This document shows positions 8,372 through 18,821 of a DNA stretch of 64,000 nucleotides, piece by piece (position 1 is the stretch's first letter; each line of letters begins with the position of its first letter). The notes below the pieces were generated by a model. That model saw only the letters and a list, made by a program, of their open reading frames with translations. It was not told the DNA's origin and did not search any database. The DNA is from Candidatus Altimarinota bacterium (GTDB taxonomy: Bacteria > Patescibacteriota > Gracilibacteria > CAIRYL01): the NCBI GenBank assembly GCA_965250085.1, contig OZ252287.1, positions 1,120,001 through 1,184,000 on the forward strand, in the 5' to 3' direction. A program made the translations under genes and the position numbers.

Positions 8372-11074
8372 TCACCACATCAAGTACTTCTCTACAAATT
8401 GATTTCCCTGACGTGCGAAATATTTGCGTCCTTCACCCCAAGCAAAGATCAGCACGGCAAATGGAATACCCAGACTGAGTTCAAAGAGCGTAAGTGAATG
8501 AGTGCCAAACAGAGTGTTCATTGCTGGGAGATACACAATTGCAGCAAGGATGAGAAGCTCTGACACAATACCCAGAAGGATCAATTTGTTCCCAAAAAAA
8601 CCAATAGTAAAGACAGACTGTCTCCTCGTGCGACAGATATAGACATCAGCAATTTGGCATACGATGATACTTGCAAAGAAGGCACTTACAGATTTTAGGT
8701 ACAATGGGTCATTGATCGCAAGTTCGGCTCCCCAAGTCCATCCTCCTTGGAAGAGCACATAAAAATAGGCAAAAAACCCAGCAGCTGCCTGCATCATGCC
8801 CACAATACCATATGACATAAAGAGCAGATTGTTGGTCAGGAGCCGTTCACTGCGAGATCTCGGAGGTTTGTTCATTACGTCACTTTCAGATTTTTCGGTT
8901 CCGAGTCCCAGTGCCGGCACGATGTCTGTTCCCAAATCAATAGCGAGGATAAGCACCACCGTGAGCGGGAGAGGGATTCCCAAAAGTGCAAAAGCAATAA
9001 ATGGCAAAATTTGCGGCACATTACTCGTCAGGATGTAAGCAATAAATTTTTTGATGTTTTCAAAAATGGTGCGCCCTTCCCGCACAGCATCTACAATGGT
9101 GGCAAAATTATCATCGAGAAGCACCATATTGCTCGCTTCTCGTGCAACCTCTGTACCGCCCACTCCCATAGAGACCCCCATATCCGCATTTTTGAGTGCC
9201 GGTGCATCATTGACTCCATCTCCTGTCATCGTTACCACTTCACCCATCGCTTGCAGTGCTTTCACCACTCTGAGCTTCTGGATAGGATTGATGCGAGCAA
9301 AGATAATATGTTTCCTTTCTAAAACTTTTTTGAGGTCTGTGTCACTGAGCTCTTTCATCTCCTTTCCCGTTTTGACCATCGCTTCTACTCCTTCAGGAAT
9401 CATGCCAACCTTTCGGGCAATGGCCTCAGCAGTGACAGCAAAGTCTCCGGTCATCATAATGACCCGTATGCCGGCGGTTTGACACTTGGCAATCGCTTCA
9501 GGAATTTGTTTTCTCGGAGGATCCATCATGCCGATGAGACCGGTGAAGATAAAATCCTGCTCTTCGGTTTTTTCTGTTGTGGTCGCTTTGTGGGCGAATG
9601 CCAGCATGCGATGACCAGCGGCGGCAATGTCCTTATATTTCTGGATCATTTCCTTTTTGTATTCTTCTGAAAGTTCTTTGACCTCTCCGTGTTCTGAATA
9701 TTTGTTACATTTACTCAGTACCACTTCTGGTGCTCCTTTCATATAAGCGGTCATACTTCCGTTTTCTTGATGAGTCGTGATCATTCGTTTGGTGGCGGAA
9801 TCAAAGGGGGACTCGTGCACACGTGGTAATTGAGCATTTGTTTTCTCCAGATCAAGATGCTTCTGGGCAAATGCGAGCAGTGCGGTTTCGGTCGGATCTC
9901 CTACAAACTCCTTTTTTTGCTCGTCATATCGTGCATTGTTACACAGTGCCATTGTTTTCAGTATTTGCTGAAATTCAAATGATTCTGGATCACTCGCTTT
10001 CCTCACATCACAAGAGTTGCGGTTATAGCAAATGGCTTCTACGGTCATCCGATTTTCAGTAATCGTCCCGGTTTTATCAGTACAGATCACAGTAGTAGAT
10101 CCGAGCGTTTCCACCGATTCCAGATTTTTAATCAGCGCGTTTTTCTTTGCCATGCGCTTGGCGGCAATACTCAGGCATAGTGTTACTGTCGGAAGCAGTC
10201 CTTCTGGCACATTGGCCACAATGATTCCAATAGCAAAGATGATACTCCCCATGAGTTGATGTCCCATGGCGAGGCTTACAAAGAAAAAGACGACTCCAAG
10301 TGAGATGGCAATAGCAGAAATAATGCGAATAAAACGATGCAGTTCTTTTTTTAACGGACTCACCACTCCTTTGGTTTGCTTGGTGAGCGAAACAATCTCT
10401 CCAATTTGCGTCTTCATTCCTGTAGCATAGACAATTGCAGTACCGTTGCCCGATTGCACCAATGTTCCAGAAAATAACATGTTTCGAGATTCCAAAATAT
10501 TTTCATGAGTACATTCGTTTTTCCTCAGTTGCGGCTCACATTCTCCTGTGAGAGCTGAATGGTCCACTTTCATCGCATTTTGCTCGATGAGCCTCGCATC
10601 AGCTGGGACTTTATCTCCTTCGGCGAGAAAGATAATATCGCCTGGGACAAGATACTTCGCTTCCAGCTTCACCTTTTTTCCATTTCTCAGCACTTCCACA
10701 TTGGTCGGAAGCATCTTACGAAATGAATCCATGATTTTTTCCGATTGATACTCCTGAAGGAATGTAAACACGGCGTTGAGCACGACGACTGTTGCCAGAG
10801 CAATGGCGATATAGAGGTGTCCTTGTCCCGGATCTAAATATTCTGCCAAAAAAGAAAGCCCTGCACCAAAAAGAAGAAGCATGGCAAAGAAATTTATAAA
10901 TTGTTTCAAAAATTTCACGAGAGGTGACTCCTTGCCATTAGCACTCAGTTCATTAGGACCATGTGTAACCATTCGCTTCTGAGCTTCATTTGAGGATAGT
11001 CCTTTTTCAGAAGACCCAATTTTCGTGTACAGTTCAGAAATATCGATCTTATGTGCATTGCAAATATCTGGCAT
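8372..11074 (-). CDS. P-type ATPase, type IIC (Na+/K+-ATPase-like)
   Basis: DKTGT, TGE, KGAPE, TGDGVNDAPAL, GIIVANVPEGL, IDLGTD. Confidence 0.93.
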   Translation of the reverse strand: MPDICNAHKIDISELYTKIGSSEKGLSSNEAQKRMVTHGPNELSANGKESPLVKFLKQFINFFAMLLLFGAGLSFLAEYLDPGQGHLYIAIALATVVVLNAVFTFLQEYQSEKIMDSFRKMLPTNVEVLRNGKKVKLEAKYLVPGDIIFLAEGDKVPADARLIEQNAMKVDHSALTGECEPQLRKNECTHENILESRNMLFSGTLVQSGNGTAIVYATGMKTQIGEIVSLTKQTKGVVSPLKKELHRFIRIISAIAISLGVVFFFVSLAMGHQLMGSIIFAIGIIVANVPEGLLPTVTLCLSIAAKRMAKKNALIKNLESVETLGSTTVICTDKTGTITENRMTVEAICYNRNSCDVRKASDPESFEFQQILKTMALCNNARYDEQKKEFVGDPTETALLAFAQKHLDLEKTNAQLPRVHESPFDSATKRMITTHQENGSMTAYMKGAPEVVLSKCNKYSEHGEVKELSEEYKKEMIQKYKDIAAAGHRMLAFAHKATTTEKTEEQDFIFTGLIGMMDPPRKQIPEAIAKCQTAGIRVIMMTGDFAVTAEAIARKVGMIPEGVEAMVKTGKEMKELSDTDLKKVLERKHIIFARINPIQKLRVVKALQAMGEVVTMTGDGVNDAPALKNADMGVSMGVGGTEVAREASNMVLLDDNFATIVDAVREGRTIFENIKKFIAYILTSNVPQILPFIAFALLGIPLPLTVVLILAIDLGTDIVPALGLGTEKSESDVMNKPPRSRSERLLTNNLLFMSYGIVGMMQAAAGFFAYFYVLFQGGWTWGAELAINDPLYLKSVSAFFASIIVCQIADVYICRTRRQSVFTIGFFGNKLILLGIVSELLILAAIVYLPAMNTLFGTHSLTLFELSLGIPFAVLIFAWGEGRKYFARQGNQFVEKYLMW

Positions 11075-11289
11075 AACAAAGTTAAAATAATCTCGTCATT
11101 ATACCAGTTTGTAAGCCAAACTTGAAGTATTTTGATTTGTAAAAATACACCTTTTATTGTGTAGATTGGTATCCCAATTGCCCACTGGAATTCGTCCGAG
11201 GTGACGTGGCAATCTCCCTTAAAATTAATTATTCAAAAGCTATCTCCTGATAAAAATAGAAAAATATTCACTTTCCCCATAATCTCCTA

Positions 11290-11880
11290 TCACCTTCTCT
11301 CTTCATCCATCTTATCCAAAGCATTCTCAACATTTAGTTGAATTCCATCTCCTTCTTCAAAACGTTGGTCCACTGCATCTAGGCCACATTCACGGTCGTT
11401 CAAATCTTCGGGAGTATCTCCTATATCTGCTGTGGATCCTGGGTATCTGAATATGAGAGAAAAAAGCACAGCTTTTAATGGATCTCTTGTATCTTTAAAT
11501 CCATAAAAGTCCGTGAGATCCTCCGTTTCTAATAGAGATATCATTTTTCTTGCATCGTATATTACGAGTTCCAAAGACTTATCATTTTCTGGCTGATATC
11601 GCATTGCATCATCTGCAAGAGATCCTGTTCCCAGAACCTCTACTGTCCCACAGAAAACTCCGGAGTGAGAATTCTTCGTAGAAATATAAATTTGACCCGA
11701 TAGATTATTTCTACGGGCACCAATCATTCTGACTAACAAGTTTTTTTCATCAATTTTTAATGCTTTGATCCTTTGTCTAATTTCTAATTTTAGTCTTTCA
11801 GCGATGATTTGTGTATTTATAAGATCATCTTTTCTGAGATGTAATCTTACCCTTTCGAATGGAAGTTTATTTTTGGACAT
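11290..11880 (-). CDS. Hypothetical protein
   Basis: 196-aa ORF with no recognisable motif; IS30 inserted 10 bp upstream of its ATG. Confidence 0.55.
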   Translation of the reverse strand: MSKNKLPFERVRLHLRKDDLINTQIIAERLKLEIRQRIKALKIDEKNLLVRMIGARRNNLSGQIYISTKNSHSGVFCGTVEVLGTGSLADDAMRYQPENDKSLELVIYDARKMISLLETEDLTDFYGFKDTRDPLKAVLFSLIFRYPGSTADIGDTPEDLNDRECGLDAVDQRFEEGDGIQLNVENALDKMDEERR

Positions 11881-11890
11881 GTTTTTAATA

Positions 11891-12932
11891 CCTCAATTCG
11901 AGTTTGAAGTGCACCACCTCGGAAGAATTTAATACTCTAGGTGCATGAACAACTATGAACACTTCAGTAAGAGCGAGAGACAAGAACTCTTAATACTCCA
12001 CTCCAAAGGGTATTCGATGAGATCGATAGCCAAAGCGATGAACAGGAGTCACTCTACAATCAGCAGAGAGCTCAAGCGGAAGATGAAGAGAGGAGGATAC
12101 GATGCGTGTAAGGCTCATCAAAAAGCACAGAACAAAAGAAGATTTAGTAAATACCAAGGAATGAAGGTACGTGAGGATGATGAGATAGAGAAGTATATGC
12201 GAGAAAAGATGTTGTTAAAATGGTCACCAGAGAAGATTGCAGGAGTACTGTACTTGGAGAAGAGAGTTCGTATTGGGAAAGATGCCATCTATACATATCT
12301 CTACAGTGCACACGGACAAGACCTATGTCCTCTTCTTTATCGCAAGAGATATAGGAAGCGTAAACGGAGAAAGAAGAAATCAAAGCATGAAATCATCAAA
12401 GATAGAGTGTTTATTGCCCAAAGACCTCAGCATATCAACCAGAAGAAAAGATTTGGACACTACGAAGGAGATACCATGGGCAGACCCAAGAAAGCTTCCC
12501 CACAAACTCTTGTCATCGTTAGAGAACGACTCTCTCGTAAAATATTCGTGAAGAAGGTGTCTCGGCTCAGAGAATCCATGCAGGGATTTGGAGACATTCT
12601 GCACCAACTCCCTGCATACTCACTTACCTTGGACAACGGTGTAGAAAACACCAGATATAAAGACTTAAGAATCCCTATTTATTTTTGTGACCCCTACTCT
12701 TCTTGGCAAAAAGGCTCTGTAGAAAACGCCATTGGAAAACTTAGAAAATTTGTCCCTAAGAAAGCTGACCTCAAGAATTTCTCTCAAAACCAGTTACAAT
12801 CCTTTGTTGATACTCTTAACAACACTCCCATGAAAGTTCTCGGCTTTAGAACTCCCACCCATGTCTTTGACTTCTATAACAATCTCTAATATCTTTTTAT
12901 CCCAAGTGGTGCACTTCACCACAGAATGCGGG
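11891..12932 (+). mobile_element. IS30-family insertion sequence
   Basis: Imperfect 32-bp terminal IRs with shared core TGAAGTGCACCAC (11891-11922 / 12901-12932); flanked by ATA direct repeat (11888-11890, 12933-12935). Confidence 0.9.
11945..12889 (+). CDS. IS30-family transposase
   Basis: N-terminal HTH (SMRSIAKAMNRSHSTISRELKR), WSPEKIAG, DDE motifs EGDT, DNGVE, WQKGSVEN. Confidence 0.94.
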   Translation: MNNYEHFSKSERQELLILHSKGYSMRSIAKAMNRSHSTISRELKRKMKRGGYDACKAHQKAQNKRRFSKYQGMKVREDDEIEKYMREKMLLKWSPEKIAGVLYLEKRVRIGKDAIYTYLYSAHGQDLCPLLYRKRYRKRKRRKKKSKHEIIKDRVFIAQRPQHINQKKRFGHYEGDTMGRPKKASPQTLVIVRERLSRKIFVKKVSRLRESMQGFGDILHQLPAYSLTLDNGVENTRYKDLRIPIYFCDPYSSWQKGSVENAIGKLRKFVPKKADLKNFSQNQLQSFVDTLNNTPMKVLGFRTPTHVFDFYNNL

Positions 12933-13031
12933 ATATACAGTTGAATACTATAATAACAGAGAAATAAAAAATATCAATACAGCAAGATAAACAAAAATCT
13001 TTCTTGTACTTACTCATAGCATTGTTTATCT

Positions 13032-15140
13032 CTATTCCTGAACAGCGTCTTTCATGGAAAGCCGTACGCGTCCTTCTCGGTCGATTTCGGTAAGCTTTAC
13101 TTTTACAATCTGACCCATTTTGACGTATTTACTCACATCTTCCACACGCTCATTGGCAATGAGTGAGACATGAATGAGACCTTGCTTGTTGGGCATATAC
13201 TCGGCAAAAGCTCCATAGGCTTCGATTCGTACTATTTTTGCTTCATAGGTTTTCCCCACTTCTGGCTTGGCCACAATGGCCATGACCATGGCTTTTGCTT
13301 TTGCCATCGCGTCCCCATCGTTTGAAGCGATAGTGATGGTGCCATCATCTTCAATATTCATTTCAACCCCTGTATCTCCAGTAATTTTCTGGATCGTTTC
13401 TCCTCCTTTTCCAATTACGAGACGAATATCTTCGGTCTCGACTTTGATCGTCTCAAGTCTTGGAGCATATGGTGATAGTTCCTTCCTTGGTTCACTGATC
13501 GCATCAGTCATTGCTTTTAAGATTTCAAGTCGCCCTTGATGAGCTTGCGCAAAAGCGTCTTTGAAGATCTCATCAGCAATTCCCAAAAGTTTGATGTCCA
13601 TTTGGATAGCAGTGATTCCTTTTTCGGTTCCAGTCACTTTGAAATCCATATCTCCTCCAAAGTCTTCTTCGTCCTGAAGGTCGGTAAGGACCTTATATTC
13701 TCCTGTATCAGGGTCGGTCATCAGTCCCATGGCAATGCCTCCAACAGGGGCACTAATGGGAACGCCGGCGTCCATCAAAGCCAGAGTGCATCCACATGTA
13801 GCCGCCATAGAACTCGAACCATTGGATTCTAAGATTTCACTTACCACGCGGATAATATATGGGAAATCGGCTTGAGCAGGAAGTACGGGCTCGAGGGCGC
13901 GCTGAGCAAGTGCTCCGTGTCCGATTTCCCGATTTCCAGTAAAGAGCCGATTGGAGCACTCTCCTACAGAAAATGGTGGAAAGTTATAATGATGCATAAA
14001 TCGTCGTTTGCTTTCTCCTTCAATTCCATCAACAATCAATTCATTTCCTGGCGCTGCCAGAGTTGCGACCGCAAGGTTTTGCGTTTCTCCACGGTTGAAG
14101 AGTCCGGATCCATGAGTTCTTTCCAGAATCCCAACTTCACAATTGAGCGGTCTGATCTCGGTCAATTTTCTTCCAGCGATTCGCTTTTCATCTTTCAAGA
14201 TAGAATTGCGAACAATAGTCTTAAAAATTGTATCTGCTAAAGCTTTAAATTGAGAGAGATCACGCTCTTCTCCAAAGTGTTCTTCCGCTTTTTTTTGAGC
14301 ATCTTCTATAATCTGCGCTTTTGTGCGGAATCGCTCTTTCTTTTCAGGGATAGTAAAAATGCAATCTCTCATTTTTTCCGAAACTTCTCCTTCAAGCCAC
14401 TTCTTAAGCTCTTCATCTTCTTCAGGAACACTAAATTCCATCTTTGTTTTTCCAATTTTACTTTGAATATCAGAGATAAATCCGCAGATCTTTTGTCCCC
14501 ATTTTTTTCCAAATGCGAGTGCTTCGAGCATTTTCTCTTCGGGGATTTCATTCGCACCTGCTTCAATCATAATAATATTTTGTGCGGAAGAAGAGACGAT
14601 AAGATCAAGATCTGAAGTACTTCGAGCTTCTCGTGATGGATTTAAAACAAATTCTCCATTTATCATTCCGACCCGCACACTGGCACATGGTCCATTCCAT
14701 GGGATGTCAGAAATACTCAGAGCGATCGAAGCTCCCACGGCCGCTACCATATCATGCTCATTCTCCCCATCATATGAGAGAGTGGTCAGCATGACCTGAA
14801 CATCCTTTTTGAGTCCTTTTGGAAACAAAGGTCTGATGGTTCGATCGATCACACGTCCCATGAGTATCTTGTCATCAGCAGGTCGTCCTTCTCGTTTCAT
14901 AAAACGGCTACTTTTGATGAGTCCAGCCGCGTACATTTTTTCCTGATAGTTGACCATAAGAGGAAAAAAACCAATGTCGCGTTCATTTACCGACATCGTT
15001 GCCGTTGCTAATAGAGTAGTTCCACCCATAGTAATAACGACAGAACCATTGGCCTGCTGAGCCAATTTTCCGATTTCCACTACAAGTTCTTTGTCCCCAA
15101 GGGAAAGAGTGTATGTTTTAAGCTTTGGATAATACGACAT
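13032..15140 (-). CDS. pnp: Polyribonucleotide nucleotidyltransferase
   Basis: HYNFPPFSVGE, ESNGSSSMA, GDMDFKV, KH and S1 domains. Confidence 0.98.
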   Translation of the reverse strand: MSYYPKLKTYTLSLGDKELVVEIGKLAQQANGSVVITMGGTTLLATATMSVNERDIGFFPLMVNYQEKMYAAGLIKSSRFMKREGRPADDKILMGRVIDRTIRPLFPKGLKKDVQVMLTTLSYDGENEHDMVAAVGASIALSISDIPWNGPCASVRVGMINGEFVLNPSREARSTSDLDLIVSSSAQNIIMIEAGANEIPEEKMLEALAFGKKWGQKICGFISDIQSKIGKTKMEFSVPEEDEELKKWLEGEVSEKMRDCIFTIPEKKERFRTKAQIIEDAQKKAEEHFGEERDLSQFKALADTIFKTIVRNSILKDEKRIAGRKLTEIRPLNCEVGILERTHGSGLFNRGETQNLAVATLAAPGNELIVDGIEGESKRRFMHHYNFPPFSVGECSNRLFTGNREIGHGALAQRALEPVLPAQADFPYIIRVVSEILESNGSSSMAATCGCTLALMDAGVPISAPVGGIAMGLMTDPDTGEYKVLTDLQDEEDFGGDMDFKVTGTEKGITAIQMDIKLLGIADEIFKDAFAQAHQGRLEILKAMTDAISEPRKELSPYAPRLETIKVETEDIRLVIGKGGETIQKITGDTGVEMNIEDDGTITIASNDGDAMAKAKAMVMAIVAKPEVGKTYEAKIVRIEAYGAFAEYMPNKQGLIHVSLIANERVEDVSKYVKMGQIVKVKLTEIDREGRVRLSMKDAVQE

Positions 15141-15169
15141 AATATAAAAAGAGAAAGAGATATAAAAAA

Positions 15170-15291
15170 GTCCTACAAAACAGGACCATCTTGATGCGAT
15201 TTTGCATCAGCAGTACCTCTTGTCTCTTGAGAATCAAAAAGCGACACTCTTTTTGTCGTCCTTTAAGCAAGTGTCGCTAAAGCAAGAACAA
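15170..15291 (-). promoter_or_regulatory. Structured pnp 5' leader (candidate RNase III-type stem-loop)
   Basis: GCGACACT/AGTGTCGC (15241-15277) extended by TTGTCTCTTG/CAAGAACAA; small hairpins at 15170-15186 and 15192-15209. Confidence 0.45.
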
Positions 15292-15361
15292 CAAAAAAAT
15301 GTAGCTTTTTCTCCTGAAAAAAGAGGAAAATTTATATAAATAATAAGGTATCAAAGAACAT

Positions 15362-15757
15362 TTATCCTCGAATACCGAGCTTTTTAACAAGCTCAGCATA
15401 TTTATCTTTTGATTTCTTTTTGAGATATCCGAGGAGCTTTCGCCTTTTTCCTACCATCATAAGGAGTCCACGCCGAGAGTGATTATCCTTGGCATGCGCT
15501 TTGAGATGCTCTGTAAGAGAGGCAATTCGTTCGGTCAAAATAGCAACTTGAACATGAATAGATCCCGTGTCTTTTTCATGAGACTGGTGATCAGAAATAA
15601 CAGATTTTTTTGATTTTCTTTTTGTGACCGCGCTTTTGGGAGAGTCTACAGCCTTCTTAGAAGCTGTTTTTTTCACTGTTTTCTTTTGAATATCTGTTTT
15701 TTTAGGAGCCGCTTTTTTAGGAGTCGCCTTCTTGGTATCTTCTTTTTTTGCTGGCAT
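15362..15757 (-). CDS. rpsO: 30S ribosomal protein S15 with Lys/Ala-rich N-terminal extension
   Basis: [33 protein letters not shown]; start set at [10 protein letters not shown]. Confidence 0.95.
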   Translation of the reverse strand: MPAKKEDTKKATPKKAAPKKTDIQKKTVKKTASKKAVDSPKSAVTKRKSKKSVISDHQSHEKDTGSIHVQVAILTERIASLTEHLKAHAKDNHSRRGLLMMVGKRRKLLGYLKKKSKDKYAELVKKLGIRG

Positions 15758-15944
15758 AAGTAAAGGGGGAAAAATATCGAGTCTTCTCGGTCCGCATGGC
15801 AGATCCAGAAGAGCGAAAATGCGACAGGGAATATATCGAAACTCTCGAAAAAAAGCAACAGTATTTGCACGAAAGAAGGGGAATTTTTCTTTTATTTCCA
15901 TAATTTTCATGACCCTTTATACTCACAAGTGAATTTTGTAACGC

Positions 15945-17648
15945 ATGAATCAACTCGAAAAAAAACTCACTGAACTTTCTGAGGCGCTCACGACAACGCT
16001 CGTGAAGCTAAAATTTCCCGAAAAAGAGATACATTTTGAGTATCCGAAAGAAGAGTCACATGGAGACTATGCGACCAATATTGCTTTTCAACTGAGTAAA
16101 GAACTGGGTTCTTCTCCTCTCGAAATTGCAGAAAAAATTGTGAAGATCTTCCCAAAAATACCAGGGATTGAGTATATACAAGTTGCTGCTCCAGGCTTTA
16201 TTAATTTCTCCCTTTCCGAAGAATACATTACCGATGCACTCAAAAATTTTAATGCCCAAAAAAAGATCGATTCAGGGAAAGAGATTAAAATTTGTATTGA
16301 TTCTTCACATCCCAACATTGCAAAACCACTGCATTTTGGACACCTCAGAAGTACAATTCTCGGAGAGTCTCTCGCACGTATTTTTCGTTATACCGGAGGT
16401 GAAGTACTCCAAGACAACTTTTTGGGAGATTGGGGAACGCAGTTTGGAAAACTCGTGGTGGCGATACATAAATGGGGAGATAGAGAATCTATTGATAAAA
16501 ATCCAATCAAAGAACTTACTAAGCTGTATCAAAAATTTCATAAAGAGGTAGAAGATGATCCAGAATTGGAGAAACAAGGAGCAGAAGAATTTCGAAAGAT
16601 GGAAATTGACAGAGATGAAGAAAATCTTACACTTTGGAAATGGATCGTGGATGAATCTATGAAAGAAGTGCAGGTGTTTTATGATCTTATGGATGCGCAC
16701 TTTGACTGCATTCGTGGAGAGAGCTTCTGGGAACCAAGGCAGGCAGAAACCTTGAAATTGATGCAAGAGAAAAAGGTGTCCACAGAAGGAGAAGGTGGGG
16801 CACTCGTTGTGCATTTTCCAGAAAAGACAAAGCTCCCTACAATGATTTACAGAAGATCTGATGGAGCAACTCTCTACCAAACTCGAGACCTTACTCGTAT
16901 TCTTTATTATGATAAAGAGGGGTATACCGTACTATCTCACATTGTGGCGAATGATCAGTTTATGCATTTTAAGCGTGTTTTTGAAACGGCAAAAATGCTC
17001 GGAGTCACAGCGAAGTGCGAGCATATTGATTTTGGACTCGTGCGGCTTCCAGAAGGAAAACTGAGTACGAGAAAAGGAGTTACGATTAATCTCATGGAAA
17101 TATTTGATGAAGCCAAAAAAAGAGTTAGAACCTCTTTAGATGAACGCGGTACTGATTTTTCTGAAGAAGAAAAAAATGAACTCGTAAAGATGATTGCAAT
17201 AGGAGCGATTAAGTTTAATGATCTCTCTCAAAATCGGACAACTGATATTACCTTTGATTGGGAACGGATGCTTTCTTTTGAGGGATTCTCTGCACCGTTT
17301 TTGCAATATGCATATGCTCGTGCTCGCAGTATTTTGCGTAAAAAGGAAGCCCAAGAACAGTCTTCCCAAAATTTTAAGATCACTCATCCAGCAGAGAGAA
17401 GGCTCGCAAAAACAATTCTTGATTTTCACCAGAATGTTCTTCTCGCCGCCGAAAAAAGAATGCCACATTTTATTGCAGAATATGTATATGAGCTGGCGTC
17501 TACTTTTAATAATTTTTATGGAGAGTGCCCCATCCTTCAAGCTGGTGAAGATGAAAGAAATTCACGACTCTTTCTCACCACTCAAATGTGTGAAACCTTA
17601 CAACAAGGACTCTTCCTTTTGGGAATAGGGGTGCCAGAGAAGATGTAA
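15945..17648 (+). CDS. argS: Arginine--tRNA ligase
   Basis: HGDYATN, PNIAKPLHFGH, GDWGTQFG, KLSTRKG, QYAYAR, PEKM. Confidence 0.97.
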   Translation: MNQLEKKLTELSEALTTTLVKLKFPEKEIHFEYPKEESHGDYATNIAFQLSKELGSSPLEIAEKIVKIFPKIPGIEYIQVAAPGFINFSLSEEYITDALKNFNAQKKIDSGKEIKICIDSSHPNIAKPLHFGHLRSTILGESLARIFRYTGGEVLQDNFLGDWGTQFGKLVVAIHKWGDRESIDKNPIKELTKLYQKFHKEVEDDPELEKQGAEEFRKMEIDRDEENLTLWKWIVDESMKEVQVFYDLMDAHFDCIRGESFWEPRQAETLKLMQEKKVSTEGEGGALVVHFPEKTKLPTMIYRRSDGATLYQTRDLTRILYYDKEGYTVLSHIVANDQFMHFKRVFETAKMLGVTAKCEHIDFGLVRLPEGKLSTRKGVTINLMEIFDEAKKRVRTSLDERGTDFSEEEKNELVKMIAIGAIKFNDLSQNRTTDITFDWERMLSFEGFSAPFLQYAYARARSILRKKEAQEQSSQNFKITHPAERRLAKTILDFHQNVLLAAEKRMPHFIAEYVYELASTFNNFYGECPILQAGEDERNSRLFLTTQMCETLQQGLFLLGIGVPEKM

Positions 17649-17651
17649 TAT

Positions 17652-18797
17652 TTGATGTATATGGAACAAAGAATCAAAAATCTCAAAGTAGCAATTGTGG
17701 CTGATTGGCTGACAAATTTTGGAGGTGCAGAAAAAGTAGTTCAGAGTTTTTTGCATGTTTTTCCTAATGCTGATCTTTTTACTACTCTGGCGACAGAAGA
17801 TATACTCAAAAAATTGGAAAGAAAAAACGTACACACCAGCTTTTTGCAAAAACTTCCGAAGTGGATAAGAAAAAAGCATCAACTTTTCCTTACTCTCCTT
17901 CCAAAGGCAATAGAGTGTCTTGATCTCTCTGAATATGACTTGGTGTTCTCTTCTTCCTCATTTGTAGGAAAGGGATGTCTCACCAGTCCGGAGACGTTAC
18001 ATATCTGTTATTGCCATACCCCTACCAGATATCTATGGGATACCTGGCAGGAATATGTCGCAGAATTCCCTCTCCCAAGAGGATGCAATTGGATCAAAAT
18101 TTTTTTGCCGCGCATTCTTTCACGCCTCAGAATATGGGATACCTTTGCCTCAAAACGTCCTGACCATTATATTTCTAACTCTGATTTTATTGCGCGACGT
18201 ATTAGCAAATACTACGGCAGAGGCTCAGAAGTTATTGAACCACCGGTGAACTTTACCTTTTTTAAAAAAGGCATCAAAACTTCTCAAAAAGATCACTACA
18301 TTGCCATGGGAAGACTTACTCCCTACAAACGATTTGATCTTCTCATCAACACCTTTGCCTCACTTCCAGAAAAAAGACTCAAGATTTTAGGAAGTGGACC
18401 GGATGAGAGACGACTCAAAGATTTGGCAAAAAAAGCTCCCAACATCGAATTCCTTGGGTTTGTTCCATATACTGATCTTCCGAGACTCTTAGGAGAAGCA
18501 AAAGGATTCCTTTTTCCACAAATAGAAGATGCTGGCATTTCTCTTATGGAAGCACTGGCAACAGGCACTCCGGCCATTGCCTTTCAAAAAGGCGGATCGC
18601 TCAATGTCATTAAAGACGGAATAAATGGTATTTTCTTTGCAGAACAGAACGCATCATCACTCCAAGATGCGCTCAATCGATTTGAAAATATGAAATTTGA
18701 TACACAAAAAGTTCAAAATTCAGTGAGTAGTTTTGCTCGTGATACGTTTGAAAGGCGAATCAAGGAATTTTGTGAAGAGAAGTGGAAGGAGTTTTAG
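17652..18797 (+). CDS. Glycosyltransferase family 4
   Basis: DWLTNFGGAEKV, CYCHTPTRY, GRLTPYKR, EDAGISLMEA; true start may be ATG 17655 or 17661. Confidence 0.9.
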   Translation: MMYMEQRIKNLKVAIVADWLTNFGGAEKVVQSFLHVFPNADLFTTLATEDILKKLERKNVHTSFLQKLPKWIRKKHQLFLTLLPKAIECLDLSEYDLVFSSSSFVGKGCLTSPETLHICYCHTPTRYLWDTWQEYVAEFPLPRGCNWIKIFLPRILSRLRIWDTFASKRPDHYISNSDFIARRISKYYGRGSEVIEPPVNFTFFKKGIKTSQKDHYIAMGRLTPYKRFDLLINTFASLPEKRLKILGSGPDERRLKDLAKKAPNIEFLGFVPYTDLPRLLGEAKGFLFPQIEDAGISLMEALATGTPAIAFQKGGSLNVIKDGINGIFFAEQNASSLQDALNRFENMKFDTQKVQNSVSSFARDTFERRIKEFCEEKWKEF

Positions 18798-18821
18798 AAA
18801 CTATTCCTGTTCCATTCACCA

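Noticed and set aside
11162-11220. Possible small RNA or repeat remnants in GC-richer spacer patches (also 7670-7727 and 44090-44150)
   Set aside because: Only short hairpins are visible, with no second copy in the window and no recognisable family, so there is too little support.
15758-15910. 52-aa N-terminal extension of S15 shown in the ORF track
   Set aside because: It spans the likely promoter and leader region of the divergent rpsO/argS pair; the ATG at 15757 is the more plausible start.
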